Virus record (IMG/VR): IMGVR_UViG_3300036851_000097
Location: 1-39,291 of that record
Source: a virus
Length of the DNA stretch: 39,291 nt
Strand: one strand, 5' to 3'
Part shown: positions 31,889 through 39,291 of the stretch, in pieces
Numbering within the stretch: position 1 is the first letter of the stretch
How the letters are laid out: each line of letters starts with the position of its first letter
Notes under the pieces: generated by a model
The model's input: only the letters and a program-made list of their open reading frames with translations
What the model was told of the DNA's origin: nothing
Database searches by the model: none
Program-made: the position numbers and the translations under genes

Positions 31889-32308
31889 ATGAACGGACAC
31901 AAGTGGACTAACGATGAATTGAAAACCCTTATGAGCCTTTGGGCTTCCGAGGTTGAGCTAATCGACATCTGCATCGAGCTTAAAATGAAGCAAGAAACCG
32001 TTTTGAAGCAAGTTCAACGGTTGCGAAAAGCTGGAATTCCTCTCAAACAGCGTACAAAAGGGCATAAGCTAGGGCGAAGCGATAAGCCTTGGTCGCAAGC
32101 AGAAATCGCGTATCTTGCTAGCCGTTGGCAGCAGGGGGCAACCGATGAAGATATAGCGGTAGAATCCAAACGGTCACTTTTTGGGGTTCGCGCAATGAAA
32201 GCAAAGCTCAAGCTAGAGGGGGTTGGCCTTGTTCTCCGTGGTGGCGGTCGCCGCCGCCTTTGGGATGCTGAAACCCTACGCGCAACCATGCTAGCCGAGG
32301 CCGTCTAA
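31889..32308 (+). CDS. GcrA-like / Myb-SANT-like DNA-binding protein (two repeats)
   Basis: 139 aa. KWTNDELKTLMSLW...QVQRLRKAG and PWSQAEIAYLASRWQQG...AMKAKLKLEG each resemble the GcrA N-terminal W-x2-E-x3-L-x2-LW fold. RBS AAGGAGG. Confidence 0.45.
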   Translation: MNGHKWTNDELKTLMSLWASEVELIDICIELKMKQETVLKQVQRLRKAGIPLKQRTKGHKLGRSDKPWSQAEIAYLASRWQQGATDEDIAVESKRSLFGVRAMKAKLKLEGVGLVLRGGGRRRLWDAETLRATMLAEAV

Positions 32309-32488
32309 ATGACCCCACAAAACACCGCCCTTTCCCTTCTCAGATCCACCTATAAACGCCTCGGTAAATGGCGATTAGTTGCTTCCGCTTGCGGTAAGGC
32401 TGAAAGCCAAATAACGGGATGGATGAAAGGTGAACCAATGTCAGACACAACGGCAGAAATCCTCATTTTAAGATTGGGGAAGAAATGA
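32309..32488 (+). CDS. Small Cro/YdaS-like HTH protein
   Basis: 59 aa. LGKWRLVASACGKAESQITGWMKG. Below the track cut-off and coupled downstream (ATGA). Confidence 0.45.
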   Translation: MTPQNTALSLLRSTYKRLGKWRLVASACGKAESQITGWMKGEPMSDTTAEILILRLGKK

Positions 32489-32676
32489 AACCTTTTATCC
32501 TCGGTACGATAGCCGTTGCGGCGTGGTTTTATTTCCTCGCCTGCGCCGCCCAAAACCCCACCGATCCAGGGGAGAACCCGGTGAAGTACAAGGAATGCGG
32601 GTTCACCCATACACCGCCTTACCGTGATAGCTGCTGGGAAACAACAAGCGCCCGTGTTGGGCAACACCGCCCATAG
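32485..32676 (+). CDS. Small putative lipoprotein
   Basis: 63 aa. Signal-like N-terminus with an FLAC lipobox-like motif. Confidence 0.5.
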   Translation: MKPFILGTIAVAAWFYFLACAAQNPTDPGENPVKYKECGFTHTPPYRDSCWETTSARVGQHRP

Positions 32677-32693
32677 GGCAAAGGAGAGCAAGA

Positions 32694-32906
32694 ATGAAAC
32701 ATGAACTATTGAGACAGGCTGTTTCTGAGATTCGGGGACTGCGGAGAAGTAACGAAATCCTATCGGCGCAAGTCGGTGTGATTGAAGTGTTCGCCGCCGC
32801 CCTCGGCATGCGTCAGAACGGCGGCATGATGGCCGAAGATTTGGTATGGAGAATCGAGCAGGAGTTGGCGAAAGAAATTCCTACAAACCCCACCTCAGCG
32901 GCTTAA
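32694..32906 (+). CDS. Hypothetical protein
   Basis: 70-aa ORF with RBS AAGGAGAG. Confidence 0.6.
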   Translation: MKHELLRQAVSEIRGLRRSNEILSAQVGVIEVFAAALGMRQNGGMMAEDLVWRIEQELAKEIPTNPTSAA

Positions 32907-32942
32907 CCCCCGCCCATAGCGGGAGAGAAGGAGTGGAAGAAA

Positions 32943-33188
32943 ATGAGCGAAGATCAAGGGCGGTCATTCAAACTCGGCAACGACGAATACTTCACGGTCG
33001 TAAGCCCGAACGGACGAATCCAGATCCATGAAAATGATGGCGACCACTTTTGCACGATGCCTACGACAGTTGAGGAAGCCGCGCACCTGAGAAGGTGGGC
33101 GTTTGATTCTGGGCTCGAAGCCGGGAAAAGAATCAAAGCGGACGAAATACGGCGCGTCTTGGGTGCTGCCAGCGAGGCCCAGCCATGA
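32943..33188 (+). CDS. Hypothetical protein
   Basis: 81-aa ORF with RBS GAAGGAG. Confidence 0.6.
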   Translation: MSEDQGRSFKLGNDEYFTVVSPNGRIQIHENDGDHFCTMPTTVEEAAHLRRWAFDSGLEAGKRIKADEIRRVLGAASEAQP

Positions 33189-33892
33189 CTCTCACCGATA
33201 AAGAGCGGGAGGCGTTAGCCCACTGCTTGGAATATCCAATCACTGAACACTGCACAACTATTGCGGGAGCCCTTGAACGGTTAGCCGCCCCCCTGCCGAA
33301 TGAACTGAAGCCCGAGGACGTGGAGTTTTTCGCGGTCGAGGTGAGCGTGAACGGCGTCAAAATATTGACCATCGAAACCGGAAGCTACGGCGGCATTTCC
33401 GAAATATCCGACTACGCGAAATGGGTTCGCGAGGCAGGGGAAAACCTGCTGGCCTTCATCGGTCCCGAGCGGGAGCCCGCAGCCCCCGAGGGCGAGACGC
33501 CGGAAGTCGCGGATGTGATAAAGGCTGCCGACTTCCTTGTTCATGTCCGACTGGTGCTGGATGCCCTGTACAACCACAACGAGGCTGTACGCGCCGCCGT
33601 AATCCAGCACTACGGGCTATCGCACAACGAACTGAATTCAATCGAGGCAGGGTTGCGCCGCCTTCGTGCGGGGGGCCGGGACGAGGGGGAGGCTCCCGTG
33701 GCATGGATAAAGGAATCTGGATACGCGCATGAGATTCTTTACAACACCAGTCGCGAGCGCTACTTGTCCGACCCCGACAGGTGCCCTAATTGGGTGCGTG
33801 ACTACACCATTCCCCTCTACCTGCATCCTCCCGCCGCCGTTCCCGAGAAGCGCGATCCAACTGAGGCTTGGGATGGCGGGAGGTTAGGATGA
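33185..33892 (+). CDS. Hypothetical protein
   Basis: 235-aa ORF. ATGA overlap upstream. Confidence 0.7.
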   Translation: MTLTDKEREALAHCLEYPITEHCTTIAGALERLAAPLPNELKPEDVEFFAVEVSVNGVKILTIETGSYGGISEISDYAKWVREAGENLLAFIGPEREPAAPEGETPEVADVIKAADFLVHVRLVLDALYNHNEAVRAAVIQHYGLSHNELNSIEAGLRRLRAGGRDEGEAPVAWIKESGYAHEILYNTSRERYLSDPDRCPNWVRDYTIPLYLHPPAAVPEKRDPTEAWDGGRLG

Positions 33893-34095
33893 GAATCGAA
33901 ACACGGATAAAGACCGCCAATGGCATTACATCGCTGCGCTCTCTCTTGCTGATTTCGGAATCCAAAGAGGAAAGTTTACTGCTTGACGCTCTTGGAAAAG
34001 AAGTCGGGGAGGACGGCTTTATCGCGGATGTAACTGGAAAATTAAAACTGTCAGACGGCTACGGCGAACACTACATCGAATTGGATGTCACATGA
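33889..34095 (+). CDS. Hypothetical protein
   Basis: 68 aa from ATG 33889 (ATGA overlap, GGAGG upstream). Confidence 0.55.
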   Translation: MRIETRIKTANGITSLRSLLLISESKEESLLLDALGKEVGEDGFIADVTGKLKLSDGYGEHYIELDVT

Positions 34096-34394
34096 ACGAC
34101 CGACTAGACGCGAATAAAATCAATAGCCTCGGACAACTTTATCTCCGCAAATTCGGAGACAGGGATTGGTGGTGGCCGATGTACGACATTGACGTTGAAA
34201 CCGGGCTTCTCCGAATCGACGTTATGAACCGCCTTGAATGCTGGAACTTCGCAGAAGTAGCGATGGTGCGCGATGATAGCGGTAAGGAATACGAACCAGA
34301 ATACTTCTATACCGAGAATCACCCGGACCGCGCCGCCGCCCGCGCCCCCTCTACCACAACATGGAGAACTGAAAATGCCGAAGAAACCCAATGA
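34092..34394 (+). CDS. Hypothetical protein
   Basis: 100-aa ORF. ATGA overlap upstream. Confidence 0.6.
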   Translation: MNDRLDANKINSLGQLYLRKFGDRDWWWPMYDIDVETGLLRIDVMNRLECWNFAEVAMVRDDSGKEYEPEYFYTENHPDRAAARAPSTTTWRTENAEETQ

Positions 34395-34605
34395 CCTGAC
34401 TGCCCTAAAGCACCTGTTTTTGGTATGTCCCGAAACAGGGTCCAGCCAGAGAATTGTCAGAGTCGAAGCCGTTGGCACAACGTGGGTAATTACGACGCTC
34501 GGGAAAGAGACGGCATGGACCCACCGCGTGAGAACGTCCGAAGCAGACCCGTATAAAGTCCGGAGATTGATGCGGAAAGCCACCCCGGCCAAAGAAGGAG
34601 AATAG
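34375..34605 (+). CDS. Hypothetical protein
   Basis: 76 aa from ATG 34375 (GGAG 7 nt upstream). Overlaps the previous gene by 20 nt. Confidence 0.5.
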   Translation: MPKKPNDLTALKHLFLVCPETGSSQRIVRVEAVGTTWVITTLGKETAWTHRVRTSEADPYKVRRLMRKATPAKEGE

Positions 34606-34606
34606 G

Positions 34607-34969
34607 ATGCAAAGCTCAATCAAGGGTATTCGCTGCCCATCATGCCGTTCGGAATCCCTGTTCGTCAACAGCGTAGGTTCGCTGACCTGTTCCGTGATCG
34701 GTTGCAAGAATCCAGCCGCGATCATGGACATGCACAATCCTGCCCCCAAACCCGCGCCGATCCCGATGCTGATCTACTGTCCCGAGTGCTCTGAGCGGCA
34801 CCTCGACGTTGGGGAATTCGCCACAAAGCCGCACCACACCCACGCATGCCAGTATTGCGGCGAGACCTGGCGGCCCGCCGTTGTCTATACGATCGGGGTG
34901 AAATTCCTCCCCGGCTTCAAAAACGGGGCCGAGGAACACGTCCGGGCCACCACGGAGTGGGAAGGATGA
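34607..34969 (+). CDS. Multi-CxxC zinc-finger protein
   Basis: 120 aa with CPSC, CPEC and CQYC pairs. Confidence 0.65.
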   Translation: MQSSIKGIRCPSCRSESLFVNSVGSLTCSVIGCKNPAAIMDMHNPAPKPAPIPMLIYCPECSERHLDVGEFATKPHHTHACQYCGETWRPAVVYTIGVKFLPGFKNGAEEHVRATTEWEG

Positions 34970-35934
34970 ATCCTGCCATAACAGGAAAGTGGGCCAAAGC
35001 GCAGGATAGGGTCTTTGAGGGAGAAGCCGAACCCGAAAGCATTTTCGAGTTCTGGCCTATCGGATTGGCCCAAGAAAAAATCACCCCTACCAATCTCACG
35101 CTTAGAAACAGGCTGATTATGGCAGATACGGTAACGGGGGGCCTTCAAAAGGCCCACGTTGCCGCCGCCATTTCCCAATTCAACGTCTTACGTCATAACG
35201 GGTACTGGAAGGAAAGCGCAAGCTACTGGGCATACACCCGTACAGGGCTAGAATGGTACCGTAACCGCCACTGGCTGCCGGGTGAGGTTGTGCAAGCCAT
35301 GAACGAACTAGACGCCTCCTACCGGGCTATTTCGGCTCCTGACGGGTCAATACCGCTTCCTGAGTGTTCAGTAGGTGGATGGGGGGCTCCTTACGAGCAG
35401 GCGCACATGGTTTCAACCCCATCCTACTTCTGTAAAAGGTGGAAGGAAGACGGGAAAGTTACGGCATACCTACTTATCGCACTGGACGCCGATCCCGAGC
35501 CCCGCCGCAATCTCCACCACCACCTAGAGGCGGGGTATTTCGCGTTTTGGGGTGAGGTGGGCCGCGCTATGGACTTTGACTGGAAAACGGCGGTTCCCCA
35601 CAAGTTGATTCCGCCTGCGGTAAAAACCAAGCCGATATATGGCTGGCTCCACCGCTGCAAGCCCTACACCTCGTTCAATTTTCAAGAATCCCTGACTTCC
35701 TCTTCCCTAGCTGAATGCCTTCCTAAAGGGGCTTTACCCCCTACATGGAGAGCGAAACCGCCGAGGGTGAAATCCCGTATGGAAGTCCTTGCGGATCACA
35801 CGATTTTCTGGTTCTCTTGGCAAACGCTTCCGTTCGTGAAGATCACAAGGGAGATTCACGTCCTATCGGATCGGGTAATAGTGAAGGAGGGGGGAACGCT
35901 AAGGAAGTCGAAGATAAGGGAATACAGGGCTTAA
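34966..35934 (+). CDS. Hypothetical protein
   Basis: 322 aa from ATG 34966 (ATGA overlap, GGAAGG upstream). Confidence 0.7.
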   Translation: MNPAITGKWAKAQDRVFEGEAEPESIFEFWPIGLAQEKITPTNLTLRNRLIMADTVTGGLQKAHVAAAISQFNVLRHNGYWKESASYWAYTRTGLEWYRNRHWLPGEVVQAMNELDASYRAISAPDGSIPLPECSVGGWGAPYEQAHMVSTPSYFCKRWKEDGKVTAYLLIALDADPEPRRNLHHHLEAGYFAFWGEVGRAMDFDWKTAVPHKLIPPAVKTKPIYGWLHRCKPYTSFNFQESLTSSSLAECLPKGALPPTWRAKPPRVKSRMEVLADHTIFWFSWQTLPFVKITREIHVLSDRVIVKEGGTLRKSKIREYRA

Positions 35935-35985
35935 AAGTCGAACCCATTGCGGCGGTTAGCGCCGAACACTAGCACGGAGATTTTT

Positions 35986-36258
35986 ATGCCGCATACGAAA
36001 CCGCCACATGTTGTGGAAGCAGAAGCTGACGAGGATTCTGCGCGTGCTTTTGCGCTGCTACTGAAAAAAGAATACAACGACGATAACGAGGCGCTAACCG
36101 CTCGCATTGCCTCTTTAGATTGGGATACCATTTTTGACTTGTGCTATCTATTCAGTGTCGGGAACGCGCTTGACCTGCACTTGGGTAGTCGATGGAGAGA
36201 TAACCGGAAAACCGGACTCGCGGGACATATTGCCTTTAAGATCAGGAACTGCTTATGA
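35986..36258 (+). CDS. Hypothetical protein (last plus-strand gene)
   Basis: 90 aa from ATG 35986 (GGAG upstream). Confidence 0.55.
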   Translation: MPHTKPPHVVEAEADEDSARAFALLLKKEYNDDNEALTARIASLDWDTIFDLCYLFSVGNALDLHLGSRWRDNRKTGLAGHIAFKIRNCL

Positions 36259-36293
36259 TCCGAACGCCGCCGTCAGGACATTTACCTTATAAC

Positions 36294-36656
36294 TTAGGCG
36301 CGGCCACCGTGCGTCAAGCTGTAATGGTTGCCGTCCTTACTCGCGAAATCGCCTCCCCATCGGCATAGGGGGTGGAGGGACTTCCAATAAGCGCCGAGGC
36401 CAGCATGGGCTTCCGCGCTGGTATGGTAAACCCATTTCCCGTTCACCCGAGAGAACAGATTCAGGTCGGCGGCCAGTTTTAGGTCATGGACGGAGTTCTT
36501 CATGTGACCACCGTCGCCGTCCGCGTCGAAAACGTCCCCCATGGATAGCGCGTATCCATTTTTGTAAGCGCGGGCGATGAGTAGCCCCAGGAGGTATGCG
36601 AAAAGGCGCTGCTTGTCGCCCAGTGTTTTGGGGTTGTCTATGTCTTTGGGTATCAT
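36294..36656 (-). CDS. Endolysin, peptidase M15 (VanY / L-Ala-D-Glu peptidase-like)
   Basis: 120 aa. SVHDLKLAADLNLF (H..D zinc ligands) and RWGGDFASKDGNHYSL are typical of M15 cell-wall peptidases. Confidence 0.85.
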   Translation of the reverse strand: MIPKDIDNPKTLGDKQRLFAYLLGLLIARAYKNGYALSMGDVFDADGDGGHMKNSVHDLKLAADLNLFSRVNGKWVYHTSAEAHAGLGAYWKSLHPLCRWGGDFASKDGNHYSLTHGGRA

Positions 36657-37093
36657 GGGGCGATCAGGATTTCATCGTACTTGTTCAAGTCTCTTGGCAA
36701 TCCGCGTCCGAACATGGAAACGGCAGCATAGACCCACTTACACCGAATCCAGCTCATACCGTCCTCGCGGGTCAAGCGAACGAGCATCTTATTAGCCTTT
36801 TCGCGCCAGTCTTTGGGAAGCGGATAGCATAATTGAGCGGCTTGAAAAGGCACATCATGAGCGCACGCCCCCCGCAAAAAGTTCTCGGTATCAATAGCGG
36901 GGCCGCTTGCGCCATCGAACGAATATCCTGCGTTAATGGTCATTAGGCCGTCTTTGTAGATCGCAAAGTATTCGTGAATGATGTCCGATTCAGGGTAAAT
37001 ATCGGTCTGGATTACTAGCGGTTCGACCAGCTTGTATTTGTAAGGGTACAGCCTTTTATAGACAAGTCGGATGGACTCCTTCACCGTTCCCAC
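36653..37093 (-). CDS. DUF1353-like protein
   Basis: 146 aa. AGYSFDGASGPAIDT...ACAHDVPF matches the DUF1353 FDGAS.P...HD pattern. Confidence 0.6.
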   Translation of the reverse strand: MGTVKESIRLVYKRLYPYKYKLVEPLVIQTDIYPESDIIHEYFAIYKDGLMTINAGYSFDGASGPAIDTENFLRGACAHDVPFQAAQLCYPLPKDWREKANKMLVRLTREDGMSWIRCKWVYAAVSMFGRGLPRDLNKYDEILIAP

Positions 37094-37404
37094 CTTCTCC
37101 CAAGACTTTTCTTTCTAGGGGCCATATAGGCCAGTCTACGGTCTGCGTCCTCGATCTTGGCAACACGGATGCCCAAGTCCTTTACCGTGTCTTGGAGGGG
37201 CTTAATTTGCCCAGCAGCAACCAATATGTCCCGCTGCATGACCATAATCGAGTCAATACGGGGGTTTTGGTTTACTTTTTCTAAGTAACTCCCCGCTGGC
37301 CCACCGATACAAATACCGATTAACCCCACCACTACGGGATTTTTGAAGGATAGGCGAACGAGTCGCCCTATCGCCTGATCGGTTTTGTCATCATTGGGGG
37401 ACAT
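37081..37404 (-). CDS. Membrane protein (holin/spanin-like by position)
   Basis: 107 aa. One TM segment (VVVGLIGICIGGPAGSYL) followed by a helical region. Lies next to the lysis genes. Confidence 0.45.
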   Translation of the reverse strand: MSPNDDKTDQAIGRLVRLSFKNPVVVGLIGICIGGPAGSYLEKVNQNPRIDSIMVMQRDILVAAGQIKPLQDTVKDLGIRVAKIEDADRRLAYMAPRKKSLGRRWER

Positions 37405-37406
37405 TT

Positions 37407-37973
37407 TTACCGAGGGTCTTTGAAGTATTCGGCGCGACGAGTTAAGGCTTCTTTGATATTGATTCTTGGTTTTAGCCTAAGCATGACCATAGAATCTGCC
37501 TCGGACATAATCTCAAAAAACTCTAGCATGGCCTTGTAATGGGGCCTGCCATTGAAGTCATGCACCGCCACCTTGCGAATTTTCATTAAAGCGCAAGTGA
37601 TCGCGCAAGCAACCCTAAACCTTCCATCTACTAAAGCAAAGTCTGGAACCTGGCGCGTCTTAGGCATCGAGTACGCCATACCCATTAGAGTAAGGTTTAC
37701 GTCCGGTTCTGTGTAAGGCCTGGTTGTGCCCGTGTCGGATTTGACGATTCTAAGGCGGCGTTGTTTTTGTGCGCACACAATGGGCGCTTGCTGGTTGACC
37801 CAATCTTTTAAGTAACCTTCGCATCCTTCGACCGCGATAACCTTCTCCACTTTGGTTTCAAGAGCCCATAAGGTCGAATTCCCCATACCCCATTCCAGGT
37901 AGGTGTGAGCCTTGGAAAGGCCTTGCAGGAATAAAGCCTTTTCCCCGTCTGTAAAATGGCCGTAGGGAGTCAT
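37407..37973 (-). CDS. Class I SAM-dependent methyltransferase-like protein
   Basis: 188 aa. YLEWGMGNSTLW (motif I-like) and DFALVDGRFRVAC resemble sugar/polysaccharide-type methyltransferases. Confidence 0.5.
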   Translation of the reverse strand: MTPYGHFTDGEKALFLQGLSKAHTYLEWGMGNSTLWALETKVEKVIAVEGCEGYLKDWVNQQAPIVCAQKQRRLRIVKSDTGTTRPYTEPDVNLTLMGMAYSMPKTRQVPDFALVDGRFRVACAITCALMKIRKVAVHDFNGRPHYKAMLEFFEIMSEADSMVMLRLKPRINIKEALTRRAEYFKDPR

Positions 37974-38686
37974 ACGGCTTTCCTCATATCTTCCGCTATG
38001 CGCCTTTTACCTTCTTGATTACGGGCATAACCTGTAAAATGAAGGCAGATAGAGTCAGCGTGAGGCTGGTTTTTTGTCCCTGCCGGGAAGTGCATGAGAG
38101 TAGTGGGTAGGTATTCCGCTTTGAGAACGCCGCGCCAAAGGAGAACTTCTAAAGCGGGTTGGTCGCAAACAGTGACGTAATCACCGTCATCATCACCTAT
38201 TGACTGTCCGTGGAAATCTCCCCAGGCTTTTGAAAACCACCCCGCAATTGCACCGGGAAAGACCATCAACCCTGTATTGATACACGGCTTAGAGAATGGG
38301 ATTGACCGAGACTCGTCCTCGGTGAAGTACATCCTATTGAAAGAAAATGACGTAGAAGCAAGGGGGACGGCGGTAGTTGAGACTCGGACCTTATCACCGC
38401 AAAAGAGAAAGTCTGGATTCTTGGTAAACACCATGTCCGAATCGACTAACATCCCATAATTACCGGATTTAAGCCCCAAACTCCCCATTGCGCTAGCCTT
38501 CATGGAAGGAGATTTAGTCAGTACCACACACGTTACGCCCAAAGCAGGATTAAAGGGGTATTCCCTATCCCCTATGCAAACCCTTTCTGCCGTGGAGCCT
38601 ACTTTCGCCAAGGATTCAAACATTATTTCAGCTAGGGTGAAATACTCCACCCCGCCGAAACAAACCGTGGCGATAACCGTTCGCAT
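37970..38686 (-). CDS. Putative glycosyltransferase (GT-A, DxD type)
   Basis: 238 aa. N-terminal IATVCFGG..., LVDSDMVF (DxD) and INTGLMVF resemble GT8-like nucleotide-sugar transferases. Confidence 0.5.
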   Translation of the reverse strand: MRTVIATVCFGGVEYFTLAEIMFESLAKVGSTAERVCIGDREYPFNPALGVTCVVLTKSPSMKASAMGSLGLKSGNYGMLVDSDMVFTKNPDFLFCGDKVRVSTTAVPLASTSFSFNRMYFTEDESRSIPFSKPCINTGLMVFPGAIAGWFSKAWGDFHGQSIGDDDGDYVTVCDQPALEVLLWRGVLKAEYLPTTLMHFPAGTKNQPHADSICLHFTGYARNQEGKRRIAEDMRKAV

Positions 38687-39177
38687 TACTTCTTGACTTC
38701 CTCGGCTGGGCCTTCTTGAACATCGAAAAAGACCTCGATGGCCTCTAGCTCAAATTGTGGCAGCTTGGCGAGAACGTTGGAAGGAATTTTGACTTTTGGT
38801 TTTTCTTCCGTCCACTCCGCTTCTCCCTCTTTAGCGTTCAAAGCATCCACGGCTTTTAGGTATTCCTCATATTCATCGCTGCTCATTAGAGCGGCTTCAA
38901 TGATCCGCGCCCCGGCATTGGGGAAGTTGGCGGGAGCCTCTTTGGAATAGATGAAAAATATGCGGTCATGGTCGCGCTTATACTCTACCGTGGCCTTTTC
39001 AACCGCCTTGGAAAGAGTAAAGGCGGCCTTACGGGTAGCCAGGTCGCATTTTTGCGCCGCATATTGAACGATCTTGTAAAGAAGGTCACCCCCGAGCATG
39101 GAATATGGAAATTTAACGAGCATACTTTTCCCCTTGTAGAAGGCGGGAACACCCCGCCATAATGAAATATAGCCCAT
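38686..39177 (-). CDS. Hypothetical protein downstream of the tail fibres (through the junction)
   Basis: 163 aa. Its ATG (39175-39177, equivalent to 11-13) overlaps the TAA of ORF 13..1104. Acidic C-terminus. Confidence 0.6.
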   Translation of the reverse strand: MGYISLWRGVPAFYKGKSMLVKFPYSMLGGDLLYKIVQYAAQKCDLATRKAAFTLSKAVEKATVEYKRDHDRIFFIYSKEAPANFPNAGARIIEAALMSSDEYEEYLKAVDALNAKEGEAEWTEEKPKVKIPSNVLAKLPQFELEAIEVFFDVQEGPAEEVKK

Positions 39178-39291
39178 TATACCAGATCGAAAAGGCCGTA
39201 TCCACTACTGTCTCCGAGCGCCTGCTGCTGGTCAATGTAATTCGCCAGGAATACCGAAACCGCCGTATTGAAAGCAGTCGTATCCGTGACC
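39165..39291. repeat. Terminal direct repeat, right copy (identical to 1..127)
   Basis: Exact 127-nt identity with the window start. Confidence 0.95.

Noticed and set aside
34104-34749. Minus-strand ORFs of 171 aa and 114 aa in the early region.
   Set aside because: They are antisense to a run of coupled plus-strand genes and have Arg/Gly/Pro-rich shadow-frame composition.
1-39291. A lysogeny module, a diversity-generating retroelement, a retron, or a toxin-antitoxin/defence island.
   Set aside because: By eye I found no integrase or recombinase, no CI-like repressor, no reverse transcriptase, and no template/variable repeat pair. I also found no recognisable defence-system gene set. The paralogous fibre modules differ at many residue types, not in an adenine-specific pattern.

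Overview
This window is a complete tailed dsDNA phage genome with a unique length of 39,164 bp. Bases 1-127 recur exactly at 39165-39291, so the contig is circularly closed or terminally redundant, and the late operon reads across the junction.

Layout:
- Minus-strand late/morphogenesis operon, 18668->13, continuing through the junction 39177->36294. In order: coupled mini-ORFs, TerS, a T5orf172/GIY-YIG-like insert, TerL, portal, scaffold, P22-type coat, adaptor/tail-hub proteins, three ejection-protein-like ORFs, tailspike and two paralogous tail fibres. After the junction: glycosyltransferase, SAM-methyltransferase-like protein, membrane protein, DUF1353-like protein and M15-peptidase endolysin.
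- Plus-strand early/middle operon, 19223->36258. It holds many small ORFs, a gp2.5-like SSB, a PD-(D/E)XK exonuclease, a C5-cytosine MTase and an HNH-containing replication-organiser-like protein. It also holds a beta-class N6A/N4C MTase, a NUMOD3-HNH homing endonuclease, a VRR-NUC nuclease and a GcrA-like regulator.
- I recognised no tRNA, rRNA, CRISPR, integrase, reverse transcriptase or DNA polymerase.

Most unusual observations:
1. The C5-MTase gene carries a second open reading frame (+1) along its whole length. That frame holds the motif IX/TRD-like elements the main frame lacks. This resembles an extended version of the two-polypeptide M.EcoHK31I arrangement.
2. The three longest G homopolymers (G8, G9, G9) cluster in the methyltransferase region. 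One of them splits the second MTase.
3. A 540-bp array of 45 near-identical 12-bp units lies in frame inside a 480-aa gene.
4. A complete hammerhead-ribozyme core sits in an early intergenic spacer.
5. A ~450-nt GC-rich, ORF-free segment lies upstream of the late operon.

All calls are made by eye, and no database search was run.
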